Source: Octopus bimaculoides (taxonomy: Eukaryota). From it: a stretch of DNA of 64,000 nucleotides. This document shows, piece by piece, positions 61,804 to 64,000 of this stretch (the stretch's first letter is position 1; the number at the start of each line of letters is the position of its first letter). A model generated the notes under the pieces. That model was given only the letters and a program-made list of their open reading frames with translations. It was not told the DNA's origin and made no database searches. The DNA lies in the NCBI RefSeq assembly GCF_001194135.2, contig NC_068993.1, positions 19,750,436-19,814,435 on the forward strand, in the 5' to 3' direction. The position numbers and the translations under genes are program-made.

Positions 61804-62145
61804 TATCTGCTAAATATGCTTATACATACTCATATACATATATACATACATACATGCATATACTTATATATTATAGGTAACTTCATATATATAAACATTA
61901 CATACACGCATATACATATACATATACATACACACATACACATATACATGCAAGTGTATACACACACACATATATTACTGATGGGAAAATGAAATCCACA
62001 CACGCGCATGCGTGTGTGATTTTCAGTTAACCATCAGTGTGCAACTGTATCGACTTCTGCATCATCTTCTCAGAGATATTTCCCTTATCACTGACCTTTC
62101 CAGCTGACATTTACACTAGTAATTTTATGATTATACGTTTTGTAT

Positions 62146-62190
<45 letters not shown>

Positions 62191-62340
62191 TGTGCGTGCG
62201 TGTATGTGTGTGTGTTTAACTATCTGCGTACATGTGGATGTATATGTTTGTGCTTGCACACACCATGTATCACATGCATACATGCATTTAATATGTATGT
62301 GTGTCTGTATATATATATGTATGTCGGTGTGTATGTTTGT

Positions 62341-62478
<138 letters not shown>

Positions 62479-62801
62479 TAGCCATATTATTCTTGCTGAA
62501 GGTAATGACCCACTTTCACTTAGCAACAAAAATGTTTTGTTATTGTTGGTAACAATATTTGTCTTAACTGAAACATAAAACATGAAACATGTGCATTAGT
62601 AAACCTCTTCTTTATTATTCACTGCCCTAAAGACTAATTTTGATTGTAATACTGTGTGTTTATACACTGTTGAGAGTTCATAATTTTAAATGAAGATTGC
62701 ATCTGCGCTGCAAATCCACCTCGACCTCAGAATCATAGTAGCACATTTGTCTTGAGTGATTATTCAAAAACTCTTAACACTTGTAAACCTACATATAATT
62801 A

Positions 62802-63040
62802 TCTTTTATATTTTATCTTTTACTTGTTTTAGTCGTGAGACTGCGGCCATGCTGGGGCACCGCCTTGAAGAACATTTAGTCGAATGAATCGATCTCACTA
62901 CTTCTTTCTTTACTTTTTAAGTTTGGTACTTATTTTATCGGTGTCTTTTTCAGAACCGCTAATTACAGCGATGTAAACACACCAGCATCTATTGTCAATC
63001 GGTGGGACAAACACGGACACAAAGACTCGCGCGCGCACAC
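62802..63040 (-). mobile_element. SINE family C, 3' half
   Basis: TTTACTTGTTTTAGTC...GCGGCCATGCTGGGGCACCGCCTTGAAG...GTACTTATT...AACACACCAGC. Confidence 0.85.
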
Positions 63041-63048
63041 AAATACAC

Positions 63049-63253
63049 TCAGTCAAATACATAGCAAAAGCACCAGGACTTACAAATATATATAACATAC
63101 AGAAAATTGCACTACTGGGCACTGCACACATTCTACGCAAAACACTTTCAATACTGTAACCATAAGAGCATCACAGCAAACCGCAGCACATACCCAAGGC
63201 ACACAGAGCTGCACTCGGTAGTGAAGTGAAAGCACGTTATAAAAATAAAACTA

Positions 63254-63321
<68 letters not shown>

Positions 63322-63335
63322 TGATGATAATAATA
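63049..63335 (+). mobile_element. R4/Dong-like LINE extreme 3' end with (AAT)n tail
   Basis: SVKYIAKAPGLTNIYNIQKIALLGTAHILRKTLSIL*, homologous to the TAHILRK terminus near 32.5 kb, then 3' UTR and (AAT)n from 63258. Confidence 0.8.
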
Positions 63336-63483
63336 GCGGTGTGCAATGCGTTACCAACAAGGAAAACTATAATTGTCATTAAATATGAATAAGCGTGTCA
63401 GAACACCTACATTGCTAGAAATAAGAGCTAAACTACTTTAATGCTGTAGTCAAAGTACATAATTGTATACATACATGCTGAGA

Positions 63484-63533
63484 ACTATACTGATCGGTCA
63501 GTTTCGGCTTTTACCGTAGCCTCATCAATGTAT
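63484..63533 (-). ncRNA. Type I hammerhead-ribozyme-like motif (C3U variant)
   Basis: Minus strand TTGATGA-GGCT-acggtaaa-AGCC-GAA-ACTGA-ccga-TCAGT-A: 4-bp stem II, 5-bp stem III, GUA triplet; stem I weak. Confidence 0.6.
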
Positions 63534-63814
63534 ATATACAAGGACGAATGAAAGTATATTAAAAACCATACAAGATAAAAATTAAGGTTTTTTGGAAATT
63601 ATCTCCATTTCCAGTGAGAAAGGGAGATAATCGCAAGTGTCATGCACTCTTTAAAACTCTCATGTCTAATACGGAAAAGGCTAGGAAAAAGCTATTACAT
63701 AATCTAGGAAAATAGCACGTAGATGGTCGTGTTTTCATATAATCATAATGGTCTAGGGTAAAGTTTTTATTTTCAGCTGTGCCCGGTTTGTACATTTGTT
63801 TATTGAGTGAGGTG

Positions 63815-64000
63815 GGGTGCGTGTGCGCGTGGTTGTGCAGTTAAGGAGCTCGCTTTGTAGCTTCATGGATTTGGATTCGGCCCCGCCACTCGGCACTTTG
63901 ACCAAGTGTTTTCTATTATAGAACTGGATCGATCACTGCTTTGTGAATTTGTTAGACAGAAACTAAGTGGAAACTCGTCGTATATGTGTTTGTATGTGTG
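63815..64000 (+). mobile_element. SINE family C head, truncated by window edge
   Basis: GTGGTTGTGCAGTTAAGGAGCTCGC...GGCACTTTGACCAAGTGTTTTCTATTATAG...TTGTGAATTTGTTAGACAGAAAC. Confidence 0.7.

Overview
This window is AT-rich animal genomic DNA from a gapped draft assembly. It has 17 N-gaps, most of them abutting (TA)n or (GT)n tracts. The SINE families and microsatellite density fit an octopod cephalopod such as Octopus best (inference from recalled repeat families, not a database search). No host gene could be identified with confidence: most ORFs in the supplied track are microsatellite or gap artefacts, and nearly all recognisable protein sequence comes from transposable elements. Elements present: three tRNA-type SINE families (called A, B, C here); several Penelope-like elements (PLEs, RT + GIY-YIG), one folded back on itself; three R4/Dong-like restriction-endonuclease LINE fragments; a fairly intact Tx1/L1-clade 3' fragment inside a (GATA)n array; a CR1-group RT fragment; three mariner relics; hAT and probable piggyBac relics; several inverted-repeat elements. 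The most notable signals are (i) three well-folded hammerhead-ribozyme-like motifs on the minus strand (42.7, 47.4, 63.5 kb) plus four degenerate ones, (ii) PLE or hammerhead-bearing inserts repeatedly nested inside family-C SINEs, and (iii) different retroelement clades sitting in different microsatellites (PLE in TA/CA, Tx1 in GATA, R4/Dong and SINE-B in AAT/ATT). There are no CRISPR arrays, rRNA genes or true tRNA genes.
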